Origin: Ignavibacteriota bacterium
GTDB taxonomy: Bacteria; Bacteroidota; Ignavibacteria; Kapaibacteriales; UBA2268
Assembly: GCA_020437395.1 (NCBI GenBank)
Contig: JAGQWJ010000004.1
Location: 22,475 to 86,474, forward strand
DNA length: 64,000 nt
Direction of reading: 5' to 3'
Shown here piece after piece: positions 60,806 through 64,000 of the stretch. The translations under genes and the position numbers were made by a program. The stretch's first letter is position 1. Each line of letters begins with the position of its first letter. The notes under the pieces were generated by a model. It was not told the DNA's origin and ran no database searches. It saw only the letters and a list, made by a program, of their open reading frames with translations.

Positions 60806-61804
60806 TCACTCCTCAGTCAAAGTATTCAGAAAAGCAATAATAGCTTTTTTATCAGAATTAGTTAGAGCAAATCCGTTTATTAGTTTGCTTTTGTTTCTGT
60901 GGGGTTTGCCGGCACTAGCGTAATGCTCTAGAACAACGTCCAGAGTTGCTATACTCCCGTCATGCATATAAGGTGCTGTTAGGGCTACATTTCTAAGTGA
61001 TGGGATTTTGAATACGCCATTGTCAGCGTCTAGACCTGTTAATCTTTGCCTTCCGTTATCATTGTATTCCTCATATAATCCGTTGTTAGCAAACTCTTGA
61101 GATGTGAATAATATACCCGAATGACAGCTAGCACAAGCGAGAGAATCAGAGAAGAAAAGCACCATACCTCTTTCTTCCTCAGTAGTTAATGTTGCTTTTT
61201 TATTCATATATTTATCGAACTTTGAGTTGCCACCTATTAGCGTTCGTTCGAAAGACGAGATAGAGCGAGTAATAACGTAAGAGTCCAGCACTCTCCCATA
61301 AGCTACTTGTGAAAGATATTGATATGAACTGTCAGTACTGAGTTTTTGGGCGGCAGCAACTATATTTAGATCGAATTCTTTATGCTCTTGGAATGGGACT
61401 AAGACTTGCATTTCGAGAGAAGGCACACCTCCCTCTCGAAGCAATCGCTTCTGGAAGGCCACATTCATCAGCGATATGCTATTTCTGGTACCGTCAAGTC
61501 CATCGACTCCTTTGGTAGTAGGAGTATTATCAGCAAATGCAAATTCGGATTTGTGGCAAGAAGAGCATGATATTTCATTCGTCCTTGACAACCGTTTATC
61601 TTCAAAAAGAAGTTTGCCTAGTCTTATTCTATCTTTATTAGGTAAGTTATCCTCGGGGTATTCTACTTTTGGTAGCTCCCGAGGAATACTATCAAGGAAT
61701 CTATATCTTTTAGTTTCTACATCTGGTTCTATTAACTTCTCATCAGTGCAAGAGAAGAAGAACAGCAGTAGTGGTAAGCAATATATGAGTCTAATTTTTA
61801 ACAA
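60806..61804 (-). CDS. Di-haem cytochrome c peroxidase family lipoprotein (MauG/MbnH-like), copy 2
   Basis: 332 aa. Lipobox FFSC followed by TDEK. Two haem motifs CSSCH and CASCH. PSLRNVALTAPYMHDGS block. Confidence 0.88.
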   Translation of the reverse strand: MLKIRLIYCLPLLLFFFSCTDEKLIEPDVETKRYRFLDSIPRELPKVEYPEDNLPNKDRIRLGKLLFEDKRLSRTNEISCSSCHKSEFAFADNTPTTKGVDGLDGTRNSISLMNVAFQKRLLREGGVPSLEMQVLVPFQEHKEFDLNIVAAAQKLSTDSSYQYLSQVAYGRVLDSYVITRSISSFERTLIGGNSKFDKYMNKKATLTTEEERGMVLFFSDSLACASCHSGILFTSQEFANNGLYEEYNDNGRQRLTGLDADNGVFKIPSLRNVALTAPYMHDGSIATLDVVLEHYASAGKPHRNKSKLINGFALTNSDKKAIIAFLNTLTEE

Positions 61805-62747
61805 ATTTAGCTATCTTAATAATACCCTTATCGTCGAATATTTTTATTAAATAGGTACCACTTACCAATTTCTCCAATGTAATCGAAGAGCTCTTCACTA
61901 CTCCTTGACTAACAGAAATTCCATCCAAAGTGAAAATATTGTATTCTTTGTTTAAAAATTCTGAGCTAATATTTAATATATCAGATGTTGGGTTCGGATA
62001 AACACGAATATCATTATTGCTATCTTCAACAGAAGATTTTACTTCACTTGTAATTGCACCCGAACTGATAATATTATTTATAAAATCTCTTAATTCTTGA
62101 GAATTATTATAGAAATCATGGTAAGCCCCAAATTTTGTCATATCAATAGATTTCAATAATTTCTGAATGTTAAAATTGATATTCAAATCAATAACACCGT
62201 TCTTTTCATTTGCGTTGGTTTTCAAACTTATAGTTCTGAAAGCTTCGTCACCCAATATATGGTATTGGAAAGATTTATCATATTGACCGTCATTATCAGA
62301 ATCTACGAAACCTTCAACTACCCAAAACCGATAACCAGCAGCCCAACCCCAGTGCATAGATGGGTTTTTTGGAGCTAATGGGTGAAGTGGTCCGTATTTA
62401 TTAGGATCTTGACCAATATTATCCTCCTTCTTTACACCAAAAGAGATAGTTAGGTTTTCTACATTGTTTACGTCATGCTCTCCTAAGGTATAATTCTCGT
62501 AATCTCCAGTTGCAAGTATGTAATTATCTAATTCTAAGTCATCTAATTTAAAACCGCACATATAGAAATCAAGTCTTGTAATCTGATATTTGATCCCTAA
62601 CTCATTCTTATATTGGCTATTCAATTTGAATTTTTGCCCATCTACGTTGTAATCTAAATTCAAATTAACTTCAGCAGAATTCAACAAAGCCGTAGCTGAG
62701 AGCAATAGTATTATTTTTATAAAAGTTCTCATTATTATATTTCTCAT
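61791..62747 (-). CDS. MbnP-like protein carrying a T9SS C-terminal sorting domain
   Basis: 318 aa with a signal peptide. The blocks ITRLDFYMCGFKL and PSMHWGWAAGYRFWVVEG fit the MbnP-family pattern (L.YYIS..L / M.W.W..GY.F.K.EG) as I recall it. C-terminus RVYPNPTSDILNIS...SGTYLIKIFDDKGIIKIAKFVKN is a T9SS CTD. Confidence 0.6.
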   Translation of the reverse strand: MRNIIMRTFIKIILLLSATALLNSAEVNLNLDYNVDGQKFKLNSQYKNELGIKYQITRLDFYMCGFKLDDLELDNYILATGDYENYTLGEHDVNNVENLTISFGVKKEDNIGQDPNKYGPLHPLAPKNPSMHWGWAAGYRFWVVEGFVDSDNDGQYDKSFQYHILGDEAFRTISLKTNANEKNGVIDLNINFNIQKLLKSIDMTKFGAYHDFYNNSQELRDFINNIISSGAITSEVKSSVEDSNNDIRVYPNPTSDILNISSEFLNKEYNIFTLDGISVSQGVVKSSSITLEKLVSGTYLIKIFDDKGIIKIAKFVKN

Positions 62748-62748
62748 A

Positions 62749-63843
62749 TTATTTAGATTCTTTATACTCTTGATTGTTCAAAAACACTTCATCTGTCAAG
62801 GTTTTTAGAAAAGCAATTAAATCTTGCTTGTCCTGTTCTGTCAGATTCATACCATCTTTTATTCCATGTATGTTCACATCTAGTGTCGGAGATTCTTTTA
62901 TCCCACTGTTGTAATGCTCAATTACTTCTTCTAAAGTCTTGAACCTGCCATCGTGCATATAAGGTCCAGAAACCGCTACGTTCCTCAAAGAAGGTGTTTT
63001 AAACTTCGCATTATCAGTTGGTCTTTCAGTAAATTTGGCTCTTCCCAAATCTTTGAATTCAGATTCTGAATCTAGTCCATTATTCATAAACTCATGATTC
63101 GAAAAATCTGCCGTTCCATGACAATGAAAACAATCAGCACCTTTTATACTATTTCCATTTTCAAATTCAGTATTGAAAAGAATTTTTCCTCTAAGTTCAG
63201 ACTCATTAAAAACTGCTTCACCTCTTTCCACTTTATCAAATTTAGAATTTCCTGAAACAAAAGTCAACATAAATTGCTCCATTGCTAAACTAATGTTCAA
63301 AGATGAAACTGTTGAATCACCGAAAGCATTGAAGAACATAGCACGATAATTGGCCTCTGATTGTAACTTGTTTACTACATTTTCCAATGTTTCACCCATT
63401 TCCAAAGGATTCTCAATTGGTCCAAGTGACTGGTCTCTTAGCAATTTGGCTCTTCCATCCCAAAAGAATCCTTTTGTATGATAAAACATATTGAATATAG
63501 GCATCGAGTTCCTATCTCCTATTTTACCTTCTATCCCCTCAGAGAATTGTTTATCAGTATCTGTGAATGCATTACTCTGATTGTGACAACTTCCACAAGA
63601 AACTGTCCCATCTTTCGATAACATCTTTTCGAAGAAAAGGGCTTTTCCTAGTGCTATGCCCTCGTAAGTCAAAGGGTTGTCTTGAGGTAAAATTGGTGGA
63701 GGCATATTAGTCGGTATAACCAAATTATATGGAGTAGTTTTAAATTCTTTTTTTGGTGATGTGACAGAGTCTTCTTGGCAAGACACTAATACAAATGACA
63801 ATATAAATAATACTGATAAAGTAAACTTTGCTAAGTTTTTCAT
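62749..63843 (-). CDS. Di-haem cytochrome c peroxidase family lipoprotein (MauG/MbnH-like), copy 1
   Basis: 364 aa. Lipobox LVSC followed by QEDS. Haem motifs CGSCH and CFHCH. PSLRNVAVSGPYMHDGR block. Confidence 0.88.
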   Translation of the reverse strand: MKNLAKFTLSVLFILSFVLVSCQEDSVTSPKKEFKTTPYNLVIPTNMPPPILPQDNPLTYEGIALGKALFFEKMLSKDGTVSCGSCHNQSNAFTDTDKQFSEGIEGKIGDRNSMPIFNMFYHTKGFFWDGRAKLLRDQSLGPIENPLEMGETLENVVNKLQSEANYRAMFFNAFGDSTVSSLNISLAMEQFMLTFVSGNSKFDKVERGEAVFNESELRGKILFNTEFENGNSIKGADCFHCHGTADFSNHEFMNNGLDSESEFKDLGRAKFTERPTDNAKFKTPSLRNVAVSGPYMHDGRFKTLEEVIEHYNSGIKESPTLDVNIHGIKDGMNLTEQDKQDLIAFLKTLTDEVFLNNQEYKESK

Positions 63844-64000
63844 TCTTCGTCTCCATCAATTCTGAAGGCATTTAGTAAATTCTTACTAAGCTTACTGCTT
63901 AATCCAAAATCAGCAGCTTTATCCGAATGTGTAATAGGTGCATTTTCACTAATATTAATAACATAAGGATATTCAAAATATGCAGATAAATCAAAGACAA
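63840..64000 (-). CDS. 3-prime end of an unidentified gene (N-terminus beyond the window edge)
   Basis: Hand translation: ...VFDLSAYFEYPYVINISENAPITHSDKAADFGLSSKLSKNLLNAFRIDGDEE-stop. Its TGA overlaps the ATG of peroxidase copy 1 (ATGA). Confidence 0.4.
   Translation of the reverse strand, partial: VFDLSAYFEYPYVINISENAPITHSDKAADFGLSSKLSKNLLNAFRIDGDEE

Noticed and set aside
61476-61850. A 124-aa plus-strand ORF spanning the junction of peroxidase 2 and the MbnP-like gene.
   Set aside because: It is antisense to two well-supported genes. The serine- and leucine-rich product looks like an antisense artefact.
1-64000. A window-wide screen for mobile elements, prophage genes, defence systems (restriction-modification, Cas, reverse transcriptases, nuclease-helicase pairs), rRNA and riboswitches.
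   Set aside because: No ORF of 60 aa or more shows integrase, transposase, reverse transcriptase, Cas or phage structural motifs. No rRNA-like sequence is present. I recognised no riboswitch-like conserved core in the leaders I read. Absence is by eye only and should be confirmed with HMM and covariance-model scans.

Overview
The window is a visibly AT-rich chromosomal segment. G+C looks like roughly one third, judged by eye and not computed. It most likely comes from an FCB-group bacterium (Bacteroidota/Ignavibacteriota-like), on three grounds:
- Five proteins end in T9SS type-A C-terminal sorting domains.
- Several lipoproteins carry acidic residues directly after the lipobox Cys.
- Several intergenic regions carry the Bacteroidota-type TTTG / TAnnTTTG promoter.

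I count about 55 CDS, including three mini-ORFs below the ORF-track cutoff and two genes cut by the window edges, plus one tRNA-Glu(UUC). I found no rRNA, CRISPR array, transposase, integrase, phage gene or recognisable defence gene.

Housekeeping genes: comM/yifB, apt, serC, serA plus a DUF1015 gene, class I aldolase fbaB, a MATE pump and an RND efflux operon.

Accessory modules, left to right:
1. MoxR-DUF58 followed by an anchored BNR propeller.
2. A B1 metallo-beta-lactamase coupled to a lipocalin-like protein.
3. Two DUF4856 genes, imelysin, HTTM and two TonB-dependent barrels.
4. A three-gene operon of an anchored exoprotein, a 4-TM protein and a pentapeptide-repeat protein.
5. A threonine-dehydrogenase-like SDR, three tandem GT-C-like paralogues and an O-antigen-ligase-like protein.
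6. T9SS cargo genes, including a 1112-aa vWA adhesin.
7. An ArsR/BigR-type sulfide-detoxification operon with a duplicated operator motif.
8. A Cys-rich secreted protein operon.
9. An MbnP-like T9SS cargo flanked by two di-haem peroxidases.

The best candidates for undescribed biology are modules 3, 5 and 9. An interspersed roughly 35-40 bp repeat family and an orphan promoter-terminator unit (candidate sRNA) are the main non-coding signals. All family assignments come from motifs I read in the translations and recalled family knowledge. No searches were run.
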